A stretch of 64,000 nt of DNA from Mustelus asterias (lineage: Eukaryota). The notes under the pieces were generated by a model. It was not told the DNA's origin. It searched no databases and was given only the letters and a program-made list of their open reading frames with translations. Positions 1-12,589 of this stretch are shown piece after piece. Position 1 is the stretch's first letter; each line of letters starts with the position of its first letter. The stretch lies in contig NC_135825.1 of assembly GCF_964213995.1 (NCBI RefSeq), positions 18,600,001 through 18,664,000 on the forward strand. The letters run 5' to 3'. The position numbers and the translations under genes are program-made.

Positions 1-59
1 AGCTAGCATTTGGCAATGCCATTAAATTTACCGGGGGGGGGTGGTGGTTAAATTCTCTA

Positions 60-720
60 TTGTTGAGATGGACATTCCCTGGCACTTGTGTGACATGAAT
101 GTTAATGCCCCTTCTCAGCTTAAAGCCTGAATTTTGACCAGGTTTTGCTGCATATAGACATGGACTGCTTCTGTATCTGTGGATTAGCGGATATTATTGA
201 ACATTGTGCAATTATCAGAGAGCATTTACATTTCTGACCAGACGATGGAGGTCATTACTGAAATAGTTCTTATATTGAGGTCAACAATTGGGACTGAGAT
301 GATTAACCTCCAACAACCATGACCTTTTTCCTTTTGCCAACTATGAATCCAACTAGTGAAGTGTTTTCCCCATGATTCTCACTGACTTCCATTTGCCATG
401 GAACCTTTATGCCACATTCAGTCAAATGCAGAAGTCACTCTCATCTCCTATGTGTGGACCAAGGATCAAATGAGGATAGAAGCCAACTGACACAGGTGAA
501 ACCCAACCTGAACATCAGTAAGCAGGTTATCATTTTGCGAATGCTGCTTGATGCACAAGGACACCTTCCAACATTTTTCCAATCATCAAATGGAGCTTGA
601 TGGGGCAGTAATTGGCTGCGTTATATTTGTCCTGCTTTTCTTGGATACAATATACCTCAGGAATTGTACATCTTGTCAAGTAGCTGCCAGCATTGTAACT
701 GCACTGGAGCAGTTTGTCTA
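60..720 (-). mobile_element. Old LINE (CR1/L2 group) RT remnant in intron 3; also at about 21495-22160 and 47240-47925
   Basis: Copy-B version translates [22 protein letters not shown], a decayed NYRPISLLS RT motif; similar to 12590-13510. Confidence 0.6.
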
Positions 721-1479
721 GGGGAGCTTTAGTAATTGCAAATTAACCAGATTTTATTTAATAAACCTTGCTGGATGACGTGCATATTGTAGCATTGAAT
801 GAACATCAACAGCAGAGTCCTGTGAACAATAGTTACCTGGTTGTCCTCTCAGGCAGGAAAGTACAAAGTGCAAGGGAGGAGCTTAAAAAGGGGAACAGAA
901 TCATTTCTTATTGGGCTACAATAATGGGCACTAGTGTCAATTTTGTGAGAATATTTAACATGCAATGATTGGTGCTTTTTAGCTGGCTGGAATTATTAAA
1001 ATGCAAATGCCATCTCTCTCATTCTGAGTTACTGAACTGAGTGGAAATTCCAGCTCTCTCCACAGCCCAGTGTTTCCACACAGATGCAGGTTTGTACACA
1101 CTGCGCTTTGTATGACATACATTTACTGCACATAGCAAGTATAATCTAGCTGCACACTAATTAAAATAACTTCTCAGCTCATTCTACCACCTCAAGAGTT
1201 TTTGACACGTTGAAAGTAATTTCTTGCTTATATGGCACAACATAGTGATATCATGAACGTGTCAGGCATTGCCAGACCCGTTAGGCGTTAACTCAGCTCT
1301 GCCAATGGGACACAAATCAGCATAACCCAATTTCACCCAAACATCAGCTATCTGAATGGGCCAGTCATGTTAAATTGCATATAATTCAGCATAATTTTTC
1401 AACACGCAACAATATACAATAAGGACCAACTACACTGAGCATTGCAAGTACGTTCTCGCTATTTATAGAATAATTATAC

Positions 1480-3036
1480 TTGTTTTTAAGGGCGTTGAAT
1501 TGGTGGTAGAGTTTCACATCATCCCATGCATAAGTGGCAATTTTATTGCTTCTCATCCCAGCGAAAGCGTAGATCATATGTGTGCACAAGCAGGGATCCA
1601 CATTGTCTGGCTTGAACTTCCCATCTCCTGGTCTGTACTGGGACCAGTTTGTAAAGTAACAAACCAGTCTGTAGGCAGAGCCTGAGAGTGAGGAGAAAGG
1701 AAAATCAGCACTGAGCCTCTACTCATTACACATCATTCAAAATAGCTCAAAAAGCACAAAGACTCACCCAGTTCCAGGCACGCCAACAAGACCACCACTG
1801 TAATAAAGAATATAGGAGAAGTGTTAAAAATGTGATCAAAATATGCTGAAAGGTTTAAGGCATCACAACAATCTATTATATGAGTGAATAGGAACCATTA
1901 AGAATCCATCCTTGGTCAAACTCTTCTCTGCATCTATTTGCTGCCCTTTGGTGGCATCATCGACAGACATGGGGCCAGGATCTACACATCCATTGACAAC
2001 GCTGGCTTTAACTCATCAACACCTTCCCTTTCTCTGCTTCTGTACTGTCAGGTTTCTTTGCTTGACTATCAGTTTGAGACGAACCATATTTTTTTCCACT
2101 TAATCATTGTAAGACTGAATTTATCATCAACAGCCCCCCCATGCCCAACTTTACCACCAACTCCTTCTTGTTCACTGTCTCAGAACAAACCAGATTGCTT
2201 GCCAGCCAATTGCCCACTAAAAGCCTTATTGGTCATCTCCAATCTCAATGGGATAGAAATTATACTGATCCATCCCAGAGTTGGGGCTTGGGCCTTAACT
2301 CGATCTTTGGGATGAACTGTCAACACCAATTCTGCCTCCACAGCAAGCTCACTCTACAGGAGAAATACATTTTAGATAATGGGGGTGGGGAAGGGAGCTC
2401 ATTCCGAAACAACTTTCTGTCTGCCTTAAGTGAATAAAATGTTCTGGGGCAAATCGCATTGCCATTGCTAATGTGGTTGTATGGCATTCATGTTGCCAAT
2501 TTAACCAGTTAATCCTAGGTAGTTTATTGCTATTGCTGAAAATGCCAGGCAGAGTAATTTCTTACAGTTTTACTGCGATCACATCATAGAATTTAACTCT
2601 ATTTGTTTTCATCAACTTCACCGTAGGTTGAAAACAGAATTGGGAAAACTTGAGAAGTAACAGAGAACGAGGGTTGCTCACAGTCACACTTGTACTTTGA
2701 TGTTATTCAGTGTCACAGGATGAATATTCAGATGCATGTTACTGTCAAAGAGAGTTACGTGGAGGAACAGCAGATAGGAGAATCCAATAGGTTATTCGGA
2801 ATGATGTTGTATTTGATCAAAACATGAACCAGACAACAGGCCACCCAACAGTAAGGCATCTTCAAGTCGCACAGCGTGGGATCAATTCATTTATAATTAG
2901 GCTTGAATTTGACAAACAAGTCTTCACTTTGTTCTATTCCCTGTTTGAATTCTGAGTTCATAAAATAAATTACAATATCAAAGATAATGAAATGGTACAC
3001 AACAGGCTTACCTGTTCCAAGTAGAAGCTTTGCCAT
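1480..3036 (-). CDS. CHIA: Acidic chitinase (CHIA-like, GH18), copy A; partial, gene continues beyond window start
   Basis: Coding exons 3036-3012 (25 nt), 1797-1768 (30 nt), 1681-1480 (202 nt), all GT-AG. They splice to [61 protein letters not shown]..., i.e. a signal peptide plus the GH18 N-terminus, near-identical to copies B and C. Confidence 0.9.
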
Positions 3037-3071
3037 CTTGCAGCTGGTGTGTTGAGGGCACCAACACTGCC

Positions 3072-3220
3072 TTTTATACACTGAGTTTATCATTAGTGAT
3101 AAATAATTCCAAACATCATTAACCTTATCACTGGAAAAGGGTCAGTCACATGGAAAATTAACAGTTCTTATTTTATCTTTGTGATATATTTTCACCTTCT
3201 CGTGAATAACAACTTATCTC
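3072..3220 (-). promoter_or_regulatory. Core promoter of copy A: TATA box and GATA-site cluster
   Basis: TATAAAA at 3078-3072 (minus), 36 nt upstream of the ATG. Inverted GATA pair TTTATCA-ttag-TGATAAA at 3086-3103. Further TTATC sites near 3125, 3174 and 3214. Confidence 0.7.
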
Positions 3221-3341
3221 CTCTCCAATGTCATCTAGATTGTCGACCTTCATTGTAACCCCAGATTTGGTTTTGCGCTAGTAACAGGCTAGGAAATTGA
3301 TGGGAAGAGTTGAGAGGTCCGTGTTCTTTTAAGGTGGGTTA

Positions 3342-4470
3342 GGAACAAAGAACAAAGAAAAGTACAGCGCAGGAACAGGCCCTACGGCCCTCCAAGCCCG
3401 TGCCGATCATGATCCCCTAACTGAAAAAAAAACCTTCTGCTCTTATTCAGTCCCTATCCCTCTATTTCCTCCATATTCATGCACCCATCCAGATGTCTCT
3501 TTAATGTTGCTAACATGCCTGCTTCCACCACCTCTTCTGGCAGCGCGTTCCAGGCACCCACCACTCTCTGAAAAACTTCCCCAAAACATCTCCCTTAAAC
3601 TTTGAATCTGTCCCCCTTGTAATTGACACTTCCACCATTGGAAAAAGCCTCTGACTATCCACCCTATCTATGCCTCTCATAATTTTGTAGACCTCTATAA
3701 GGTCTCCCCTCAGCCTCCGTCTTTCCAATGAAAAGAGTCCTAGTTGATTCAACCTCTCCTCATAGCCAACACCCTCGAGACCAGGCAACATCATGATGAA
3801 CCTTCTTTGCACTTTCTCCAAAGCTTCCACGTCCTTCTGATAATGTGGTGACCAGACTGCACGCAATACACCAAATGTGGCCGAAACAAGGTTTTATATA
3901 GTTGCAATATGATTTCCCAACTCCTGTACTCAATGCACTGGCTGATGAAAACAAGCATGCCATATGCCTTCTTAATCACCTTGGCCACCTGTGTTGCCAC
4001 TTTTAGGGAACTGTGGACCTGCACGCCCAGATCCCTCTATGTGTTAATATTCCTAAGGGTTCTGCCATTTACAGCATAATTCATATCTAAATTTGATCCT
4101 CCAAAATGCATCACCTCACATTTGTCTAGATTAAACTCCATCTGCTATTTCTGTGCCTAAGTCTCCAATCTATCTATATCCTGTTGTATCCCCTGACAAT
4201 CCTCGGCACTATCAGCAACTCCACCAATCTTTGTGTTATCCGCAATTATACTAATCAGGTCATCCACATTTTCAGATCATTTAAATATGCTACAAACAAC
4301 AGAGGTCCCAACACTGATCCCTGTGGAATACCAATAACTACCGATCTCCATTGTGAAAAACACCCTTCCGCTGCTACTCTCTGTCTTCTATAACCAAGCC
4401 AGTTCTGTATCCATTAGCCAGCCTACCATGAATCCCATGCGATTTTAGTTTTTGTGGGATCTTGTCAAAC
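3342..4470 (-). mobile_element. CR1-type LINE 3' fragment upstream of copy A
   Basis: WSPHYQKDVEALEKVQRRF..RRLRGDLIEVYKI; short GAACAAA tail repeat. Confidence 0.88.
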
Positions 4471-4624
4471 TTGTCATGTATGCATAAAAAGTCTTGGGAT
4501 TTTCCTTGTCCATGGTTCCTTCCATGTCCCCTTTTAGCCCTCCTAATTCCACGTTTAAGTCAAGAAGAGCGGGAAAGCTCGATGCTTCAGCTCCGGGTAG
4601 GTTGGAACTTCCTCTTGGTCTGTA

Positions 4625-4741
4625 AGAGTAAGAAATCTCACAACACCAGGTTAAAGTCCAACCTGGTGTTGTGACTTTAACCTGGTGTTGTGAGACTTCT
4701 TACTGTGTTCACCCCAGTCCAACGCCAGCATCTCCACATCA
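4625..4741. mobile_element. Penelope-like pLTR remnant with inverted partial copy
   Basis: AGTAAGAAATCTCACAACACCAGGTTAAAGTC followed by its near reverse complement and the CCAGTCCAACGCCAGCATCTCCACATC tail shared with 25170-25255. Confidence 0.6.
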
Positions 4742-5427
4742 GTCTGTAAGAGGACAGCACATGGTGGGCTGAATTTTATGGCCCCTTCACCCCAAGGGAG
4801 TGGGACTGGAAAACGCAACGAGTCATTTAAAAGTCTGTTGACTTCGGCGGAAGTGGAAAATCCCACTGGTGGAAAATTCTACCCAGTGAGTGAACTGCTG
4901 GGCAATTCGAAAATATAAATTGGTCCTGTGGAGTGGGCATTGTCCTCATTGGAATAAATTATTTCTCCCTTTCAAAGTTCCCAATGTGCGCTTTTGACAT
5001 CAGCCCAGCCATTTGAACCAATGCAGCAAATGGTGCACATTCAACCAGAAAGGTAAATGTTTCCTTCATTCATGCTGGGGAAAGCTCTGCATTTCCTGGA
5101 AAATGGTCGAGCTGCAACTTAATTCCCTGACCAGAGTGCCCCAGGATATTCATGGAGAAATTAACATTATGAATTATCGATATCCCAATCAAGATGCATT
5201 GAGCAATATATAAAGCTAAAGGTAAGTGCCAAGAAAATGGTGGATGAATAAAATGAAGGATGCTGAACAATCGCAATGCCAAATTTTAAACAAATCTCCA
5301 TTGACTTTGACGCAACAAGAAAATCCTGCTAGTTAAAGAGGCTGGAAAATCCCACACAATGACAGTGATTTTTGTTGCAGCTGTCTTATTTTGCCTGGAT
5401 TTCACTGTTCTCTTTGACATTTTTGTC

Positions 5428-5630
5428 CATAGAATCCCGACAGTGCAGATGGAGGCTATTCAGCCCATCCAGCCTGTACCCACAACTATCCCACCCAGGC
5501 CCTAACTCCGTAACCCCACCTATTTACCCCACTAATCCTCCTGACGTTAAGGGGCAATTTAGCCTGGCCAGTCCACCTAACATGCACATGTTTGGACTGT
5601 GGGAGAAAACCTGGAGGAAACCCAAACAAT
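5428..5630 (-). mobile_element. HE1/V-SINE 3' part
   Basis: Reverse complement of the SINE core and tail seen at 34644. Confidence 0.75.
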
Positions 5631-5779
5631 TAACATAGTTTTAAATGTAAGAAAAGAAAAGTTGGCTTGGGCATTTTTGCTATTTTGTTTTGGATTTGTA
5701 ATGTCCTCTGTCTCATATTGAGTTGCATGCACACATAATCATTCAGGTGTAGGGTGGATCAGTGCATAATATTCTGAAG

Positions 5780-6180
5780 TTTGGGCTGATATCTCACCCA
5801 CACAAGAATGAGCAGCATCCAAGTCATATTAAAGCTTCAGAACAGTCAAGAAACTCTGCACATTTCAGGAAAGCAGCTTGTTTGATCAATGCCCCATTCA
5901 CCATCATAATATTCACTTCCTTCACCAGTGGTGCACAGTGTCAGCCACCTGCACCATCTGCAAAAATGGATTATAGCAACTCGTCAGATTCCTTCCACAG
6001 CATCTTCCAAACCTGTGCCAGCTAGAAAGACAAAACACATGGGGATACCACCATCAGCAAGTTCCTCTCAAACTCACACATAATCCTGACTTTGAACAAT
6101 ATTGCTGTTCTTTCACTGTCACTGGGAAACACCCTCCCTATAAGCACTGTGGGGGTACCTCCACTACATGGACTGGAAAG
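5780..6180 (+). mobile_element. Old LINE 3' remnant
   Basis: Similar to the reverse complement of 36590-36750 and 37090-37220, and to 51265-51450. Confidence 0.5.
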
Positions 6181-6313
6181 TAAACATCAGCTTGGAGAAA
6201 GAATGAGATGTTGCTTAGCAACGAGAGCCCACTTTAGGAAAGACAGATCTTGTGATAATGCTTAAGTGAATTAATAGCAATTGGTGTTTGGAAACTAGAC
6301 AGTGCATCTAAGG

Positions 6314-6655
6314 CTGCATGGTGGCACAGTGGTTAGCACTGCTACCTCACAATGCCAGGGACTGGGTTCAATTCCAGCCTTGACTGACTGTCTGTGTGGA
6401 GTTTGCACATTCTGTGTCTGCATGGGTTTCCACCAGGTGCTCTGATTTCCTCCCACAGTCCAAAGATGTGCAGCTTAGGTGGATTGGCCATGCAAAATTG
6501 TCCCTTAGTGTCCAAAGTTGTCTAGTTTAGGGGGATTAGTGGGGTAAATAAGTGGGGTTACGAGGATAGAGCCTGGGTAAGATGCTCTGTTAGAGAGTCA
6601 GTGCAGGCTTGATGGCCTGAATGGCCTCCTTCTGCGCCATAGGGATTTTATGATC
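6314..6655 (+). mobile_element. HE1/V-SINE; paralogous copy at about 51595-51925
   Basis: tRNA-like A/B boxes (TGGCACAGTGG, GGTTCAATTCC) and V-core GTGTGGAGTTTGCACATTCT. Confidence 0.85.
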
Positions 6656-7149
6656 AACGAACAGCTCTCAATTCTGCTAGAAGAAAAGCCATATAATGGA
6701 GAAATGAACAAGAAAGCAAGTGCAAGAAACTAAAACGCAACTCGTTCTAGAAACCAAGTAGCAGAAAGATAGGTTTCCATGAAGATTGAAGTTAAAAGGA
6801 AAATAGGAACTGCAATGTGTGCAGGGTATTTTTCACTGAAGTTACAGACAGAATTGAGAAGTGCAATCCCAGGTGCAATTAGCGAGGGAAAAGTCAGAGC
6901 TATCTGAAGCAATTGTAATGCTGGTGTCCTTATTTCAAGTCTTTAGCGCAATAGTATTCAATTGGTGGCTGGATCTGACAGTTTCCATGAAAGCTTGAAA
7001 GCACGTGGCTTTTTAAGGAAAAGGAATCTTGAAAGGAGAGTTGGAAAACCTGGAGGTGGATCCTTGTTGAAAACAGCTGAGGGAAAGAATTGTTTCAAAG
7101 AAAATTCCAAGGTGTGTCTGTTCCTCAACAATATGAGAATAAACAGATC

Positions 7150-7690
7150 ATCTGTTTTGGTCCGCTATCTAGAGAAATATATATTGACAATGGAGGCAGT
7201 CCAGAGAAGGTTCACGAGGTTGATCCTCAGTATGGAGGGAATTTCTTATGAGGAGAGGTTAAGTAGGCTTAGCCTGTACTCACTGAAGTTTAGAAGAATG
7301 AAAGACAATCTTATTTAGATATATAGGATTCTCAGGGGGCTTGACAGGGTAGATGCAGAGAGGCTGTTTCCCCTTGTTGGAGAGTTTAGGTCCAGTGGGC
7401 ATAATCTCAGAGTAAGGGGGCACCCATTTAAAACATAAATGAGTAAAAATTTCTTCTTTCAGAGGGCAGTGACTCTGTGGAATTCTTTACCACAGAGGGC
7501 TGTAGACACTGGGTCATTCAGTACGGTCAAGGCTGAGATAGACAGCTTTTTAATCAGTAAGGGAATCAAGAGGTATGGGGATAAGATGGGAAAGTGGAGT
7601 TGAGTATTATCACATCAGATCAGTAATGGTCTCACTGAATGGTGGAATAGACTCGATGGGCCAAATGGTCTACTTTTGTTCCTACATATT
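7150..7690 (+). mobile_element. CR1-type LINE 3' fragment; paralogous copy at about 52420-52950
   Basis: EAVQRRFTRLI..SYEERLSRLSLYSL and CR1 3' UTR. Confidence 0.85.
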
Positions 7691-7963
7691 ATGGTATAAC
7701 AATGAGGGCTAGGTATCATGCCAGGGTAGCAGACCCTTCTTAGAAACAGTGCCAAAGAAACTTTTACATCTACTGTCGAGAATGAGAAGGGTTTTGATTT
7801 AACATCACACCTGAAGGACATCACAGCACTCCCTCAGCATACACTGGAATGTCACCCTGGATTTTTCTGCTCAAGCCTCTGGATCAAGACTTGAACCTAC
7901 AAGCTTCTGACTGAGGCAAGAATGCACCTCATGCTCCTCATAGGAATCCTTTACTGGATTCCT

Positions 7964-10900
7964 AAACCAATATGGCCGAAAAGAACACATAGGCTGAGGG
8001 ACAGGAGAATGCACAACCTGGAAGATCCGCCTACGACTGACGAGGAACAGCTACTGTGCATAGCGATGACAAAATCAGAACCCATCAAATTGTCAGTGAG
8101 ACTGAATGAATGTCCAATTTTAATGGCGGTTGACACAGGCGCAGCCGTATCGGTCAAAGAGGAAACAGTGTTTAACAAGATATGCACTGGACTCCAACCC
8201 TTTGCCCTGACCAAAACTTTGGCAAGGCTGAGGACCTATACGGGGGAACTACTGAAAGTGATGGGTACAATCCATGTGCCAGTTACTTATGGGAAACAAT
8301 TAGTTAGGCTACCATTGATGGTATTGGAAGGTTCAGAACCAAGCCTATTAGGGTGAAATTGGCTAAAAGAAATCCAGCTAGTTCGGACAAATATCTTCCA
8401 GCTGGAAAACGATCACCTGAGTGAAGCCCTGAGCAAATCTGGAGGTTTTTCGGGAAGGCTGAGGGACAACCAAAGGAGTTGAGGCAAAATTGCATGTCGA
8501 CCCAGAGGCAGTCCCAAAGTTTTGCAAAGCCCAACCAGTACCATTTGCGTTAAGGGAAAAGAACGACATGGAAATCAAAACATTACAGCACGGAGGAATA
8601 ATAAAACTGGTCCAGTTCGCGAATGGGCAGCACCTGTGGTTCCTGTTTTAAAGCCGGATGGCTTGGTGAGCCTTTGCGGTGATCTCAAACAGAAGATAAA
8701 TCGTTACTCTCAGCGAGACAAATACCCAATCCCCAGGATTGAGGGTCTGTACGCAAAGTTTGGAGAAGGACTCCTATTCACAAAACTGGACATGAGCCAT
8801 GCATACCTGCAACTACGGTGGATGAGGATTCGCAAATATTCGCGACAATAAATACGCTGAAAGGCCTCTTCCAGTGAAAAAGATTACCTTTCGGGGTATC
8901 GTCAGCTTGTGCCATATTTCAGAGGACCATGGACAGCATCCTACAAGGGTTACCACAGGTTGCCATCTACCTGGACGATGTCCTCATTATAGGAAAAACA
9001 AGGGTGGAACATCTGCAGAACCTGGAGCAAGTTCTCAGGAGATTTGATGCAGCAGGGGTTCATTTGAAAAGGGAGAAATGCATCTTTTTAGCACCACAAC
9101 TAACCTACCTCAGGATGAGTCGGGCCTACATCCTTTGGGGGATTGGGTGCGAGCAATAAAATACTCCGTTCAGTCTCACTGACAATTTGATGGGTTCTGA
9201 TTTTGTCATCGCTACCCACAGTAGCTGCTCCTCGTCAGATGTAGGCTCCCACAACCATCCAGGTCGTTTTTAGGACTGGTAACATACTACGGGAAATTCA
9301 TACAGAATACGGCCTCCATTCTGGATCCCCTCCACCAGTTGCTAAAAAAGGGACAAGCTTGGGAATGGTCAGCCCCCCAAACAGGGCCTTCAAGAAAATT
9401 AAACAGAAACTCTCGTCCAAAAATGTATTGGTACATCACGATCCCAAGAAGGAATTAGTGCTCACCTGTGATGAGTCCCCCTCTGGGGATGGCGCAGTCC
9501 TGGCACACAGGTGGCAGGATGGACAGGAACAGCCAATAGCGTATGCCTCCAGGACCCTGGAAATGGCAGAGCGAAGATATGCCCAGATTGAAAAGGAAGG
9601 GCTGGCGATAATCTTCGCAGGTAATAAATTTCACCAGTACTTATACGGGTGAAAATTTACAATTGTAACAGACCATAAACCCTTGTTGGGCCTACGTAAT
9701 GAGGACATAGCGTCAGCCTGGATCTAGCATTGGTCATTATTGCTGGCAGCATATCAGTATCGGTTGGAGCACCGGCCAGGGACTTGAGTGGCAAACGCCG
9801 ATGCCTTAAGCTGGCTACTGTTACTGGACACCCAACCATTGGTCCCAGGATAGAGGAGACCTCTATAGAGGAAACGTTCTGGATACCCTCCCAGTGGACA
9901 CACATATATGCCAGCAGTGAACCATGCCAGTGGATGCAGAAAGACCCTGTATTGGCGAAGGTAAAGCACCTGGTGCTAACAGGGCAGTTGGAAAGACCAG
10001 TCCATCCACAGTTCCACCCATATTGGAGCAAGAGGGAGCAGATCACAGTGGAAGACAGGATACTGCTGTGGGGAGCACGGGTCATCGTCCCAAGACAGGA
10101 TCGTCGGGCCATACTGGCCGAATTAGACCATGGGCACCCCGGTGTATCAAAAATGAAGATGCTGGCCAGGAGCTACGTCAGGTGGCCAGGTCTGGATGCG
10201 GACATAGCGGAACTGGTGGGACAGTGCCAGAAGTGCCAACAAGGGCAGAAGGCGCCACTGGCACCCCTGCTGCACCTGTGGGAATGGCCAGGTAGACCGT
10301 GGCGTGACTCCATGTCGATTTCGCGGGCCGTTTTATGGGCTCCATGTTTTTGGTGATAATAGATGCCCATTCCAAGTGGCGAGATGTCTATAAACTAAAC
10401 TCGGGAAACACAACTGCAATGGTTGAGAAACTGCGCACCTCATTCACAACGCACGGAATCCCAGAGGTAATAGTTTCTGATAATGGTTCAGTGTTCACCG
10501 GCCTAGAGTTCACAGTATTTATAAAATCAAATGGGATCCAGCACATCAAGATGGCACCTTTTCAACCGGCATCAAATGGGTTAGCGGAGAGAGCAGTCCA
10601 GACGTTAAAGGCCGGGTTGAAAAAACAGCCAACGGCCTCAGTAGAGACTAAACTCTCACGGTGGTTATTTGACAAAAGAACAACTATGGGAACCGTGCCA
10701 GCAGAGTTGCTGATGGGCAGACGACCAAACTCCAGACTGAACCTGTTGTTTCCAAACCTGGGAGGAAAGCTGGAAAGACACCAGGAAGCCCAATGCAGGG
10801 GCCATAACAACACTCGCCGAGAGAGGCACTTCGATCCCGGGGAGAATGTTTGGGTCAACAATTATGCAAATGGACCCGCCTGTGTAACAGGGACAGTCGA

Positions 10901-11443
10901 GGCCAGGACAGGACCGGTATCCCCCCAAGTACACGTGGGCGAGGCAGTGGTAAGGAAACATCTGGACCGGGTTCGAGCCTCAATCTCTCCACCCACTCCT
11001 GAGCTGAATCCGCCCTGCAGTGCTCAGGATGAGCAGAGTCCCACTCAACAGGCCAGTACCGTCTCTCCAGCACCCTTGATAGGGACCTCAGTGTCCGCAA
11101 TGGGCACAGGGGACAAAGCTGCAGCGATTCCCTTAACACCAGAAGTGGACAGGAACTAGGCCTCCAGCGTTCACTGCGGAAGAGACGGGCACCAAACTGT
11201 TAAGCCCTGCCGACATCAGAGGTCAAGTTGGAGTATCCTGACTCGGCGCTCAAGCCGAGAAAAAGACTCCTGAGGAAAGCTAACCGAGGGGATTCCACAG
11301 ACTTTGGGGGGGAAGAGTGTGACAACTTCAGCCAGGCTAATGAGGTTGGCTTGCGAGATTATGAACTACCTGATGAGTCCGAATTGATGGTTCAATCAGG
11401 GAGCCTCATGCTCCCTATATAAAGGTGTGTCAGTCTTTCAGCC
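7964..11443 (+). mobile_element. Degraded Ty3/Gypsy LTR retrotransposon, 5'-deleted copy
   Basis: Fragmented pol in Gypsy order: protease VDTGAAVS, RT YLDD, RNase H LTCDESP, integrase HGHPG..C..C, SDNGSVF, SNGLAERAVQ. Polypurine tract followed by a truncated 3' LTR at 11318-11443. Many stops and frameshifts. Confidence 0.92.
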
Positions 11444-11444
11444 A

Positions 11445-11467
11445 CGAGAGAGCGAGAGAGCGAGAGA
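11445..11467 (+). repeat. (GAGAGC)n microsatellite at the truncation point of the 3' LTR; also at 35518-35556
   Basis: Direct reading. Confidence 0.8.
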
Positions 11468-12311
11468 TGCTATCGTCTCATGGCATCTGACCCGTACATT
11501 CTCCATCCCACCGCCAAAGAACATAACTCTCGACCTGGCATAGCGCTAAAATGCATCAGAGAGAATGCAGACAACAAGGTCTCTATCCTGATGGAGCAGC
11601 TCAAAAATGGTGCCAGTCATGATATTGAACAGGGCGAGTGGTGTCTCTAGGGGTTCTCCACAGTGTGAGCTGTGTACTGCTAAAGCTTGACCTGAACTAT
11701 GCGTCCATATGCTTGGGGCTTTGTGTTCCAAAGAGTAAACTTTTGTCTCCAGACTGTGCAACTAAATCAAGCTCTGGCTATTAAACTGATATGCTTAACT
11801 CCTCACGGTACGGTCAGTTAGCCACTCTGGCAACAATGATCTTCTTAGTGGTACACAGCTGATTCTTGAGAAATCTGCAATTAGCTTTTCAAGAAATTCC
11901 CTTGGGGGCAGTGTCATTCTTCCAGGTCTTTAATGCTGTGCAGTTAAACCAAACAGTTCAACTAAACGAAACCAAACAGTTAATACTAAATGCCCTCTCA
12001 CGGCTGAAGTTTAAAATTTATTTATTAGTGTCACAAGTAGGCTTACATTGACACTGCAGTGAAGTTACTGTGAAAATCCTGTACCTGAGAGTCAGAGTTC
12101 ACAGAGAAGTGGATATGAACTTCCAGTCCAGTAATCCCCTCTGGCTTCTGTCTATATCTGTCTCTCACGCAATAAATTAATATGCTATTTGAATTATTAA
12201 TTTCACTTTTCTTGTGAAAACAAATGTCAGTAGGATGCAGGATACCAAAACTCAGTTTGTTCCATTTTCCTTCCAGAAATTCTCTCCTTGTGACATGCAA
12301 AAACGACTTTT

Positions 12312-12585
12312 AATGCTTTTAAAAAGACAAAATTGTACTCGACTCTACTACTGACTTTAGCAGCTTATTCCAGACACTCGCCACCTTCTGAGTGAAAAAT
12401 CTGCCCCTTTGGACCCTTTTGTATCTCTCCCCTCTCACCTTAAACCTATGCCCTCTAGTTTTAGATTCCCCCACCTTTGGGAAAAGATGGTGACTATCTA
12501 CCTTCACTCTGCCCCTCGTTATTTTATAGACCTCTATAAGATCGCCCCTAAGCCTCCTACACTCCAGGGAAAAATGTCCCAATCA
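12312..12585 (-). mobile_element. CR1 fragment nested in an older LINE; paralogue at about 37315-37670
   Basis: RRLRGDLIEVYKI..TRGHRFKVRG. Confidence 0.85.
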
Positions 12586-12589
12586 CACA

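Noticed and set aside
409-2437. Short plus-strand ORFs repeated three times across the window
   Set aside because: Recurrence only reflects the recent segmental duplication; they are intronic, antisense or LINE-derived, with indels between copies.
7922-11159. Gypsy ORFs as a domesticated host gene
   Set aside because: Multiple stops, frameshifts and an inverted patch; the two copies are broken at partly different places.
11370-11402. CTGATGAGTCC in the Gypsy LTRs looks like the start of a hammerhead
   Set aside because: No closing stem II strand or GAAA box follows.
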